From a virus (taxonomy: Duplodnaviria; Caudoviricetes), in IMG/VR virus record IMGVR_UViG_3300025168_000182, positions 1-42,567 of that record: a DNA stretch of 42,567 nt, one strand, 5' to 3'. The position numbers and the translations under genes are program-made. The notes under the pieces were generated by a model. That model was not told where the DNA came from. It searched no databases and saw only the letters and a list, made by a program, of their open reading frames with translations. Positions 1 through 10,700 of the stretch are shown here, one piece after another. Position 1 is the first letter of the stretch. Each line of letters starts with the position of its first letter.

Positions 1-1876
1 TATCATCTTCAATCATTACTGGTCTACCACCATCATTTGGTACAAAATCTGTAGGTAATATTTTAACTATTGTACGACTAGTTTCTATAAATGAATTTGC
101 AGTAACAGTGCCACTTGCACTTATATGGCTTGAGGCTGTTACATTACCTAGTAATGAAATAGGATTTGTTGATTTTCCAATTCGTATAGGATAAGTATTA
201 GCATTACCTAATACTATTGAAGTACCATCATTGGTTAATGCAATATTACCATTAGAATAAAATCGATCAGCATAAATATATGCACTTGAACTAATATTAT
301 CTGAGGCTGTTATTGGAGTTGATATAGGTGCACCAAATTCCATGTAATCTGATGAACCCTCAATCAATTTTATAAAGTCAGTACCCCCTGCGGTTAATGT
401 CATCTGATCGGTGGTAGGAAATGAAATTTTTGTATCTGTATCACCACCATGTATAATATCATCACTTATAGTTAATGAACTTAATGTACCTATAGATGTT
501 ATATTTGTTTGTGCTGCCGTTGCTAACGTACCTACTAATGAATTTGCTGTAATTGTACCACTTGAACTTATATGGCTTGAGGCTGTTATTGCAGATGTAA
601 ATGTCGTTAACCCATTTACTTCCGTTGTTGTTGAATTTAATTCAAGACCTCTATTTCCAGCACCTATTTTTACTTCACCATCATATTTAATTAAAAGATG
701 GGTTCCACCAAATAATGCATTTGCATTATCTAATTTTAAATCACCGTTCATAATATGAACATCAGCATTATTTTTAATTTCTAAAGATGCTGTATTACCT
801 GAAGCTAAGTATAATTGCCTGTTAGCTGAAGCAGCAGATCCAGTCATACCAATAACCATAGCATTTGCAGTAACACCTGTTAGAGTAGTACCATCAGGCC
901 ATTTGTCTGCATCACCTGATAACCCTATCACACCTGCTATTCCCCCACCATCTTGTTTAAATGACATAAATGGATTATCATTTTCGTCATTATTATCAGT
1001 GTCGGCTTCTAAAATTAAATTAGCTTCTCCGTCTGTACCTGCTGTAATTTTAACTGTCTGGGTGGAAAAGGTGGCTCCGTCATCAGGATCTAAAGATAAC
1101 ATTAAAGTGCTGCCACCGCCATCTTGCTTCTTTGATGCTCTAAATTCTAATTTACTACCAACAGCAGGAGTACTATCTTCATGGTCTTCTGTTGCAACGG
1201 CTCTAATTTCTGCATTATCATCAGAAGCACCGTCAATATCAGTAAATACAATTTTTGCAAAGTTTTGACCATCTACTACTGAAGTGTCTGTACTTTCTAC
1301 TCGAAGCTGGCCAGTAGCTCCTCTTGTTGTAAGAGTAGAACCATCAAAAATTAAATTAGCTTCTCCATTTAAAGAATTAGCATCAGTTGAGGTAATTACT
1401 CTGTTATTAGAACCATTGGCTAAATCAGTTAATGTGGTTCCCCAAACTCTTGAATCAATTTCATCTGTTTTAATAAATCCATCTGCATCTTTTATTAACA
1501 CAGAATTATCTACTCCTGCTTCTAAATTTGCTTTAAATTTATCTGTAGTAATAGTACCACTTGCACTTATGTTACCTGAGGCTGTTATGTTACCATTAAA
1601 CGTATGAGTATCGCTTATTGCATCACCAAATATATTTGAACCTTCAGTTTTTATTATAGATGCAGTTATGAATGATGATGTAAACTCAGTCGTAGTTATT
1701 CTAGTAGCTGTTAACTTAGTAGCTGTTAAATTAGTTGCTGTAAAATTATTTAGAACTTCTGATCCAGAGCCGTAATATAATTGACCATTATCTAAATTAA
1801 TTGCCAATTCGCCATCGGCTAAGGTGCTTGGTACAGCTGAACCGGTACCTCGTTTTATTTGTATTATTTGTGTCAT
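1..1876 (-). CDS. Tail fibre-like protein, 3' end outside window (not in ORF track)
   Basis: ATG at 1876 gives MTQIIQIKRGTGSAVPSTLADGELAINLDNGQLYYG, a common N-terminal module of phage fibres. The same frame reads ...PNDGGRPVMIEDD at the window edge. It has several ITASGNISASG-type motifs and an upstream ATATTTATAT motif. The whole frame was not checked codon by codon. Confidence 0.8.
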   Translation of the reverse strand, partial: MTQIIQIKRGTGSAVPSTLADGELAINLDNGQLYYGSGSEVLNNFTATNLTATKLTATRITTTEFTSSFITASIIKTEGSNIFGDAISDTHTFNGNITASGNISASGTITTDKFKANLEAGVDNSVLIKDADGFIKTDEIDSRVWGTTLTDLANGSNNRVITSTDANSLNGEANLIFDGSTLTTRGATGQLRVESTDTSVVDGQNFAKIVFTDIDGASDDNAEIRAVATEDHEDSTPAVGSKLEFRASKKQDGGGSTLMLSLDPDDGATFSTQTVKITAGTDGEANLILEADTDNNDENDNPFMSFKQDGGGIAGVIGLSGDADKWPDGTTLTGVTANAMVIGMTGSAASANRQLYLASGNTASLEIKNNADVHIMNGDLKLDNANALFGGTHLLIKYDGEVKIGAGNRGLELNSTTTEVNGLTTFTSAITASSHISSSGTITANSLVGTLATAAQTNITSIGTLSSLTISDDIIHGGDTDTKISFPTTDQMTLTAGGTDFIKLIEGSSDYMEFGAPISTPITASDNISSSAYIYADRFYSNGNIALTNDGTSIVLGNANTYPIRIGKSTNPISLLGNVTASSHISASGTVTANSFIETSRTIVKILPTDFVPNDGGRPVMIEDD

Positions 1877-1890
1877 ATAATCATCATTTT

Positions 1891-1900
1891 ATATAAATAT
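1891..1900 (-). promoter_or_regulatory. Putative late promoter motif ATATTTATAT
   Basis: Intergenic, 14 nt upstream of ATG 1876; the same motif recurs in many intergenic gaps. Confidence 0.55.
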
Positions 1901-1903
1901 TCA

Positions 1904-2815
1904 TTAACTAAAGTAATTAATATAATCTACAGAATCTGTTATTAAACTCTGTTCTGCATATACTTCTTCATGAAATTTAAATTCAGGTTCCGCTGAAGTT
2001 AATTTTACTTGGTAACCTTGACCTGGCTGCAAATCGCCTATTCCGTTATAACCAAATTCAGGTAAATAAACTGTACCATTATTAGCTTTAAAAAGGGCAA
2101 TTTTTGAAGCAATCATTTCATCTGTAATTGTTTCACCTTGGAACTCTTTAAACATTGAAGAACTTACTATAGCTGATATGGTATCTACAGGATTGAATCT
2201 GTTAAATCCAATTATATTCCAGCCTGCAACTAAATCAATTGAGGTAGCTTGTACAGCGTCATGGAATAATTGTTGTCGTTGTTGAACTGCTGCATTTACT
2301 ATAGCTGCATTTTGTCCTAATAAAGGAAAGTTTATAGTCATTGGAAAATCAGCTTTTATCTGATAACCTTCACCTGGACGTAAATTAGTACCAATACCAT
2401 CAAAACTAAATTGAGGTAAGCATGCATTTCCTTGAAAATCTTTTGCTATTATAAGTCCTTGATCAAAAGTTTGATCGAGAGAATCTACACCTAATCCTTT
2501 TGTAATAGTCTCACCAAAGCTTTGAGGAAAAGGAAATGGCCATCCTAATATATTCCAACCAGTTGGTACTTCTACTCGAAATGATAGTCCGCCAGCACCG
2601 TTATATAATACTGGATTCGCGTATGAATCTACTGGATCTGGTGGAGCAAATTCAATTGTTTGATTTCCTGCAAAAAAGTCTCCTAGAAATAAAGGTTGAA
2701 AAATGCCTTCTGTAAGTAGAGTTGTTCGTCCTATATAATCTGATGCTGCGGCTGATGCAGAAGGAGTTAAACTGTTGCTGCCGCCAAAATCTGGATCTAA
2801 TTGTGTTAAAGACAT
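1904..2815 (-). CDS. Protein with two copies of a GWN..G/PxFxxxGIG/LxPGxGYQxK domain
   Basis: 303 aa; internal duplication visible in the translation; GGAGGT SD; start overlaps upstream stop (TAATG-type coupling). Confidence 0.75.
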   Translation of the reverse strand: MSLTQLDPDFGGSNSLTPSASAAASDYIGRTTLLTEGIFQPLFLGDFFAGNQTIEFAPPDPVDSYANPVLYNGAGGLSFRVEVPTGWNILGWPFPFPQSFGETITKGLGVDSLDQTFDQGLIIAKDFQGNACLPQFSFDGIGTNLRPGEGYQIKADFPMTINFPLLGQNAAIVNAAVQQRQQLFHDAVQATSIDLVAGWNIIGFNRFNPVDTISAIVSSSMFKEFQGETITDEMIASKIALFKANNGTVYLPEFGYNGIGDLQPGQGYQVKLTSAEPEFKFHEEVYAEQSLITDSVDYINYFS

Positions 2816-5800
2816 TAGAATGCACCTCCATCAATTATACCAGTCATTGCAGTTAAACTTCCAGTAAAGGCAGTTGCTGTTACACCACCATCTACAGTTA
2901 ATAATGAATTGCTTACTGTATCTGTTCCTATTGCTACTTTATCTTCACTCGCATCAGTAAATAATAAATGGCTATCATTATCACCCGCAACTCTAAAATC
3001 TATCGCAGCATTACCATTATTTACAATAACATTTAAGTTTTGAATAGTTAATGATGGATGGCTATGATTTGCAAAAAATTGCCAGTAATCATCTGCAACA
3101 AGTGCAAGTTTTGTATTTACTCCTCCGATCACAGCACCACTTCCAGTTAAAGTAATATTATCAACTGTTAAATTACCTTCAATAAACATATTACCTGATG
3201 CTGTAATAGTATTAGCTATTATATCTCCGCTCGCGCTTATGTTGCCGGATGCTGTTATATGGTTAAATGAGCGATCTGTAGTAGATTCTAATGATGTCAC
3301 TCGAGTTGAAAATGAACCGCTATCTGTTTTCAATGCAGTTACGCGAGTTGAAAATGATGCACTTGGTGCAGTAAATGATCCGGATACATGTGTCTTTAAA
3401 GCTAAACCTGATAAGTCTTGATCAGAGTTAGTAACTTTTGCGTCATTCGCAGTTACTCGCGTTGAGAACGAAGCACTTGGTGCTGTAAATGATCCAGATA
3501 TTGGTATGGCAATTTGTGCCGAACTTGAAACAATATTAGCAGGAAGTGATGTTAAAAATGATCCGGTTTGAGAATTTACTATAAATGATCCAGTTTGTGA
3601 ATTTACTATAAATGATGCGGTATCTGAATTTTGTATGTAACTGGTTAAATCTTCATCTCCGGTATTTGTTCCTGACAAATTACTTGCAACTATCGTACCA
3701 GAGGCTGTTATGTTACCTGATGATGTTATATTTCCTAAAGTTTGTAGTGAACTTGAATATGTACCATTTGGAGTACTAGCCGTTCCTTCTTCTAATGATG
3801 TCACGCGAGTACTAAATGATGCACTTGGTGCTGTAAATGATCCAGATATTGGTATGGCAATTTGTGCCGAACTTGAAACAATATTAGCAGGTATTGTTGC
3901 AATAACTCCAGTAATTCCACTACCATCTCCTGACATTGATATAGCCGTAATAACACCGCTAGCGCTAATATTACCTGATGACGTTATATGATTAACTACT
4001 AAACTAGGAGTTGTTATCGATCCTCCTCTAACAGAGCTTCTATTTACACCAGTTCCGGCATCCAATTGGCCGGCATCGCTTAAAAATATAGATGAAGCTG
4101 AAATTGCGGCAGAAGCGCTTATATCACCTGATTTACCAATTTTAAATTCAACCTTACCCGCGCTGTTTTTAACTATAAGTAAATCTGGATCTATATATGC
4201 TGTTAAATTACCATGTTGTCTAAATGGCTCTCCAGTAAGACCACTAGAACCGTAATGAAAATCTGTAGTTAGCTGTAATCGAGTATCACTTTGTATACTA
4301 TCAACAACGTATGTTCTAAAAATACTCGCAGACTGCAATCTTAATGCATCACCAACATTGAGATCAGTTAAAAATGAAGTTCCAGATCCAGTAATGCCTG
4401 GATTTTCTGTTGATCCGGATAATGTTCCAACAAGCCTAACATTGGCACCTCTACCGCCAATTTCTACACTTCCAGATAATGCAATTTTATTAGAGAAAAA
4501 ATTAATTGAACCAGATGTTGGATGTATTGTTCTAGCTTCAAATGCGGCATCTGCAATATTATGTATACGATATGCATCTGTATATAATTCGCTTACCCCA
4601 TTGTTTGTATAATGACCAAACATGCGAGCAGAAAATATATCTACTCCTTCAGATCCATTAACAGTTTTATTAGTAAAAAATATTGGCTGCTCATTATATA
4701 AACGTATACTACCAGATACTAACATATCGGTACTAGAAGTAATATGAGATAAAATTGTGCTATTTTTTACATTTAAATTATTAATTATTGCAGTAGATGC
4801 TGATACTACACTTGATGATATAATACTAGCAGTAATTGATTTAACATTTTGTATATCAAATTGTTTAGCGTCCATAGATGATTCTAAATCTCCGCTAAAG
4901 AAAGTTAAATCAGAATTTAATGCAATACGCATTCCGGCTCGTGTTGCGGATTCAGAAACTGCCACGTCAAATTTTGATAATTTTCCACCGCCAAATACTG
5001 CATTTTGATTAGAATCACTGCTATCAAATCCGACATGAATTTGTTTTCTATTTGACGGTCCATAAAATTTATTTTCAAACAAATCAACGTGATGTATATA
5101 CTGATAAAATGCGTTATTATCGGAGACCTGTCCACCGCTTACTTCTAAAAGATAATGTGAATATTTACTTGCAGTTGTAATACTAGAAGATATATATGAA
5201 ATATAATATCCACGAAGTCCATTATCTTGGTTTGTTTGTATAGAGCCTAGGCGAGATTCATGGTCTGGCATATATACTCCACCGACTTCATAAAATGCTG
5301 ATGAAATAGGACTTGTTCCAGCTTTAGTACGTGTATTAATGTTACTTTCAGATGCAATTTTAAAATAATTTTCATTATCATTACTTGCATATAATGTTAT
5401 TCCATCTGGGTAATTTAATTGATCATTTACTGATGGTGCTGATGCCGTTGATATGCTATAATATACGCCAAATTCATGCAATCTTACTGGATCATCAAAT
5501 GAAAAACTATGTGTTGTAGTATCTGCGGCAGTCGGTGATTCAAATTGACCGTAACTAGAAAGGTCGGGAAATTTTTTACTTACTCCGCCATTAAATGCAA
5601 ATATATTTGCGCCGCTCCATGAACCATCAAATCCTACATCTGGATAAAATCTTGTACTTTGATTAACTCTCGGGTTTAAATTTATACTAGCAATTTTTAA
5701 AATATTGTCAGAAGTGTCTTGAAATCCTCCAGAAGGAAAATTAATTCTATATATTTTATGTCCAGATGAATTTGCAAATGCAATATTACGAGATTGATAA

Positions 5801-7464
5801 CTAGATTCAATTGGAGCCTGCGATTCTTGATATTTGAATGACCAATTAGGTTCTACTCTTGAGCCACTAATTAACACAAATCCGTCTTCTGTGCGTTCCG
5901 CATTGCTACCAGTAATATTATACTTAGAATCATTTGATCCGGAGACTCCAACTTTATTATGACCAAAACCGGATTCAAATACAATATCTATATTATTAAT
6001 AATTTGTGAACCTATAGATGAGGAGTCTAAAAGAAAATCAATTGAAAATCCGGCTTCTGAAGCTTTAAATTCGGTTGGTGGTTGTAATTGATTAAATGTT
6101 CCATCATCATTATCAAACATACGTTGATATGAATGATCAGTAGGATTGCCATTATTAACTGCATCATTTTTTATAGCATAATAATGTTCTGGCCCAAATT
6201 GATATTGGGCATGTATTTTTATTTTAGCGCTAGCAGTTGGTGCTAAACTTGCAGTTAAATTTGATAAATCTAATGCAGGTAAAGAAACAAGGCTAGCTGC
6301 ATATCTTGGTCGAGAAAAGCTTCCAGAAACATCATAATATGATGATGATCCTAAATGTATTATATGATCACGAATCCCTACGGATGATGATAATGTTAAT
6401 CCTTTATTACTTATATATTCTAATACATCTTCAGAATCAGTTGGCGTTAAAGTAGTTTCTTCATAATAATCATATTCAGCTTTTTCAAATGCTTCTGAAC
6501 CTGATGTTGAAAATAAAGTTGTAATAATACCTGGTGAGGCGGTAGTTGAATTAGTACTAGTACCTCCTGCAGCTGAGCCAGTTGGTCCTATATATCTATA
6601 TGCAATTAACCATAATGGTAAATCTAAATTATTTCCAGAACCATCTTTTAATTCAGTATACGAATCATTTGATCCTAATCCAATTTGAATAGTTCCGCCG
6701 GCCGGATCAAATGAATATCCTCCATAAAAAAATGAACCGTCATCAGCTTCTTGGCCATTTTGATTTAATTTTTTAGAAGTTCGTGGAGCCAACAAAGTGG
6801 TTGTTGTATTAGTTGCAGTTATTTCTTGCGCATAATCGGCACCAAAACCGGCAGAATATAACCAATTGGTTAATCGCAATCCTTGTCGGGCAAGTGCACC
6901 AGCTGATTTTATACGTAATGGATATGTAGGTGCAACTACTGAATCTTGAAATGTAAAATCTGAATCTGATGTTGTAACATTTATTTTATCTCTAATATCA
7001 GACCAATCTAATGCCATTAAAAATTGATATGATGTAGACTGACCAGATGTTACAGCATCAGGATCGGCTAATAATGGTATTATTACTTTTTCTACATGCT
7101 GGAATCCTGAGATTTCATCTGCTTCTGGCCTTTCCCCGGATTGAAGAACGCCATCAGCATCTATATATGAAGTTGCAAAACTTCCGCTATATAAACTTTC
7201 TAATTTTTGTGCATCTGTAAATGTGCCAGAAGTTGTTCCATCTGCCAATGTTGAAGCAGCATTCCATGTACGTATTTGTTTTATTTTGTTATCTAATAAA
7301 TTGTCTTGTGATACATTAGGTAAATTTGATAATAATCTATCTGAAAATATTGGATGTCGCGATTCAAAACTTTCACCACCTGGATTTCGAAAGTCTGCGG
7401 TATGTAATATATTTGAAACGTGCTTAAAGGATGCTGCACGTTTTTCGCGATCTTGATATGCCAT
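2815..7464 (-). CDS. Large tail fibre/adhesin with discoidin (F5/8 type C)-like domains
   Basis: 1549 aa; discoidin-like motifs (RMFDND, GVSGSND..KIYRINF, ITLYASNDNENY); ITGSGTSFLTDLNVGD module; ITASGNISASG and SFSTRVT repeats; ends IDGGAF. Confidence 0.75.
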   Translation of the reverse strand: MAYQDREKRAASFKHVSNILHTADFRNPGGESFESRHPIFSDRLLSNLPNVSQDNLLDNKIKQIRTWNAASTLADGTTSGTFTDAQKLESLYSGSFATSYIDADGVLQSGERPEADEISGFQHVEKVIIPLLADPDAVTSGQSTSYQFLMALDWSDIRDKINVTTSDSDFTFQDSVVAPTYPLRIKSAGALARQGLRLTNWLYSAGFGADYAQEITATNTTTTLLAPRTSKKLNQNGQEADDGSFFYGGYSFDPAGGTIQIGLGSNDSYTELKDGSGNNLDLPLWLIAYRYIGPTGSAAGGTSTNSTTASPGIITTLFSTSGSEAFEKAEYDYYEETTLTPTDSEDVLEYISNKGLTLSSSVGIRDHIIHLGSSSYYDVSGSFSRPRYAASLVSLPALDLSNLTASLAPTASAKIKIHAQYQFGPEHYYAIKNDAVNNGNPTDHSYQRMFDNDDGTFNQLQPPTEFKASEAGFSIDFLLDSSSIGSQIINNIDIVFESGFGHNKVGVSGSNDSKYNITGSNAERTEDGFVLISGSRVEPNWSFKYQESQAPIESSYQSRNIAFANSSGHKIYRINFPSGGFQDTSDNILKIASINLNPRVNQSTRFYPDVGFDGSWSGANIFAFNGGVSKKFPDLSSYGQFESPTAADTTTHSFSFDDPVRLHEFGVYYSISTASAPSVNDQLNYPDGITLYASNDNENYFKIASESNINTRTKAGTSPISSAFYEVGGVYMPDHESRLGSIQTNQDNGLRGYYISYISSSITTASKYSHYLLEVSGGQVSDNNAFYQYIHHVDLFENKFYGPSNRKQIHVGFDSSDSNQNAVFGGGKLSKFDVAVSESATRAGMRIALNSDLTFFSGDLESSMDAKQFDIQNVKSITASIISSSVVSASTAIINNLNVKNSTILSHITSSTDMLVSGSIRLYNEQPIFFTNKTVNGSEGVDIFSARMFGHYTNNGVSELYTDAYRIHNIADAAFEARTIHPTSGSINFFSNKIALSGSVEIGGRGANVRLVGTLSGSTENPGITGSGTSFLTDLNVGDALRLQSASIFRTYVVDSIQSDTRLQLTTDFHYGSSGLTGEPFRQHGNLTAYIDPDLLIVKNSAGKVEFKIGKSGDISASAAISASSIFLSDAGQLDAGTGVNRSSVRGGSITTPSLVVNHITSSGNISASGVITAISMSGDGSGITGVIATIPANIVSSSAQIAIPISGSFTAPSASFSTRVTSLEEGTASTPNGTYSSSLQTLGNITSSGNITASGTIVASNLSGTNTGDEDLTSYIQNSDTASFIVNSQTGSFIVNSQTGSFLTSLPANIVSSSAQIAIPISGSFTAPSASFSTRVTANDAKVTNSDQDLSGLALKTHVSGSFTAPSASFSTRVTALKTDSGSFSTRVTSLESTTDRSFNHITASGNISASGDIIANTITASGNMFIEGNLTVDNITLTGSGAVIGGVNTKLALVADDYWQFFANHSHPSLTIQNLNVIVNNGNAAIDFRVAGDNDSHLLFTDASEDKVAIGTDTVSNSLLTVDGGVTATAFTGSLTAMTGIIDGGAF
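3473..3891. repeat. 71-bp perfect direct repeat (3473-3543 and 3821-3891), in frame
   Basis: Both copies encode PANIVSSSAQIAIPISGSFTAPS; short 27-bp SFIVNSQTG repeats lie between them. Confidence 0.9.
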
Positions 7465-7471
7465 TTTTTAT

Positions 7472-7690
7472 TTACTCATTTTTATAATAATCGAGATTAT
7501 TTTTATTATTTTCAAAATCTTTAATTGTTAATTTTAATTTTTGTGCCAATGATTCCCATTGTGGATAGCTCATATTACGCGTTAAATAAAAATTATCTAA
7601 ATCTCCTAACGTCTCGCCATCATTAATTAAAAATTTAACTTCGACAAATTGTTTTTTAAATGCAATGTCGATATTTTTGTCACTATTCAT
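7472..7690 (-). CDS. Hypothetical protein, 72 aa
   Basis: Fills the gap co-directionally; AAGGA SD; variant motif ATAATTATTA at 7707-7716. Confidence 0.65.
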   Translation of the reverse strand: MNSDKNIDIAFKKQFVEVKFLINDGETLGDLDNFYLTRNMSYPQWESLAQKLKLTIKDFENNKNNLDYYKNE

Positions 7691-7729
7691 AAGTTTCCTT
7701 TTATATTAATAATTATCGATATACATAAA

Positions 7730-10700
7730 TTATACCGGTTCTATACCAATACCAGTAATTACTTTATCAAATTCAGATTTCATACGTATTCTCATTAACA
7801 TAACCCCGCCGGCGGCAGATGGATTGAATGATCCCATATCAATTCGTATACGGTAACCGCCTACTATTCCAGATCCATGACTATATGATCTTACTTGAGT
7901 AAATGCACCAGCCGATTCTAAATGAAAGTTTCCAGCATCTTTTTCCATGCATGCATTTTGCCAATTTATTCCTGGTTTAGCATTTGAAGTAGAAGTTACA
8001 TTTGTTATTGGACCCGGTGTCCTAATATCAATACGTAGATCTCTGTCATCAATGCCTATACCAGAATCTGAAACATCATCCGCTGTTATTTTAAAGTCAG
8101 ATTCTTGAACGCCTAATACAGCATCTGGTGTAGTACCAGTACCTGGCGTATACAATGTTACATAAAACTGTTGTCCTCCACCAGTATTAAATGCTCTATA
8201 AAAATATCTATCACCTGATAATGATGAATAATCTGGGGCATTTGGATTAACAACTGTATAAAGTACTTCATTATTATTTTCATCAACATAATTTATATCT
8301 GTATAATTAATTGATGGGTATGCTAATCTGCCATCGTAATGTACTTGCAATTCTGATGTTCCTGACAATGTATCTGTTGATGTAAAATCCGGGCCAATAT
8401 CAATATCTGAATGTAATGCAGAATTAACAATTGATTGGCTTAAATGTCCTAATAGCCAAAAATCAAGGTATCCTTTAAGATTATTTGCAAAACCAGCTTG
8501 TCCTCCTACAGTGTTAGTAGATGTACCATAATTTACGCCAGCATCTTTATTAAAATTAAATGAAGCAGACATTTCTATACTTGAACTGTTCCATCTAAAT
8601 GATTCGGCAAAAAATTCTTCAAATTGTTCTGTTGAATCAGGACTTATTATTTCAAATGTATCTGTTATACTTGATGTATTTATAAATCGACCAATTGGTA
8701 GTCGTGCAATAGATGTATCTAAATTCCATGAGTCATTGCCTGATAAATCACGTTTATAACTTTGGAATGCTAACTGGTATATTTCGCCTGATAAATTTGA
8801 TTCATTTGTTACAGATGTAGCATTAATTTTTAAATTGTTAATACTAGCAGACATTGATGAGCTAGGAGCAATATTAAAATCAAATCCATCAAATTGTAAT
8901 CCATTTGCAGATGCAACTGTATGTATTGTATGATCTAGAGTTGTGCTAGTAACACTTGCGGATGCTAATGTTAATGCACCTCCATGGGCATGTGATGTAC
9001 GGAATACAGGATCGCTGGTATTAATAGTATGTCGATATGTACTATGTGCAATATTACGTATTCGATTTTTTAAACTAACCAAGAAATCTGCTCCTTGCTG
9101 AAAGAATGATACTCCGGATAAACTAAATGTTGGTTCGCTATTTATAACATCATAACTTAATGTAGGTGACCCGATCATGCTTGTTGTTGGTTCTCCTAAT
9201 ATTCCATCATCGTAATACCAATCAAATGGTTTCCAACTTTGAGTAACATTGGTATCAATTGAATGAGAAAATTCCAAATTATTATAACCATGTGCTAATT
9301 TATTATCAATTTCAATACGCGCACTCCATCCTTGATAACCATTTGAATGATATAATGGTCCATTTTGTATACTTTGCGACACATTATTAAATGGCTGCAC
9401 AGTTGTTATAATTAATCGACCTTTTCCTGCATATGGTGATCCAAATGATGCTGTCCCACCACCAGTATAGTTTCCAGATATATTTTGTTCACCTGCTTTA
9501 TCTGATGTTTCAAATTCTGTGCTTAAATTATAATTTATTACTTCTGAGCCGTTAATTTTAACAATTAGCGATCCGGTATCTCCAAAATTAAATAATCTAT
9601 CGGTATCACTATAATCACCAGTAACGTCATAAACAAATGGTGTAAATGACATGCTATAATTTGTTGATCCAGTATGAGATTGTTTTGTCATTATAACATT
9701 TGTAACATCTGTTCCGGCGGCATGTCCAGATTTATAACTATATAGCCCAGTTGGTAATGATGCTTTATACATGCGTCTCGGATTACTGTTTATTGGCGTA
9801 AAACTTATTCCTGTTGATGTAAAAGAATTACTATCTGTATCATGAGATGTAGCTGTCGACGATCCCCAATATTTATCCTGCATTGATTGTGGTCTGGTAG
9901 GAACAACGGCAAATGTATATGACTCATCTGATCTAGATGATGATCCATTACCAGATAATTGTCCAGATGCGGTGATATTAACAGTAAAGTGTTCTACTTT
10001 GGTAAAGTTATTAATATCACTACTAGCTATTGTTAAAGATGATGTACGATCCGCAAATACGGTTGATTTGATAGGGCTAAATGATAACTCACTATTGTTG
10101 TTTGTATCATAAAATATTTCTACATGATTAGGAAATCTTACATGTGATTCTGATGTAAATGTTATCATACTAGAAGATATACCAGATACCAGATCTATTT
10201 CAATATCATTATTAGCGTTATATGTTACATAAGAAGGAAGATCAATACTATGAGAAAAATCAGTATCATCAGATGATGAATTTGGTAATACTATTATAGA
10301 TGCAGTTAATGGTGGATGTGCAGTTATTGATGCGGATGCTAATTCAGAAAATGATATTACGCTACTTTTAAATGAATGTGATACTACAGATGCAGATATT
10401 GAAAACACAATATCAGTTTTAGCAGAATTTGTTAATTCTATTGGCACAAATGACGATGTATACGCAGTGCTTTGCGATCCATTAGTTATATACCATGATG
10501 ACGTCACAGAACTTGATATTTGAGATGATCCAGTATGCATATTAAAAATAAAACTACCAGAGCCTTCAGTAAGGTTTGGTGTATACATTCGCACTCGTTC
10601 TATACCTGCATATTCATTGTTATTGTTTGCACTAGTGCCCCATAAACTTCGTTTTAAAAATATTCTGTACCATCGATATTTATTGGCATTTGCAAATGCT

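Noticed and set aside
411-1607. Plus-strand ORFs 411-758, 903-1268 and 1284-1607
   Set aside because: Antisense shadows of the minus-strand fibre gene starting at 1876; no RBS or recognisable motifs
3473-3891. Possible DGR template/variable repeat pair
   Set aside because: Copies are identical rather than differing at adenines; no reverse transcriptase in the window
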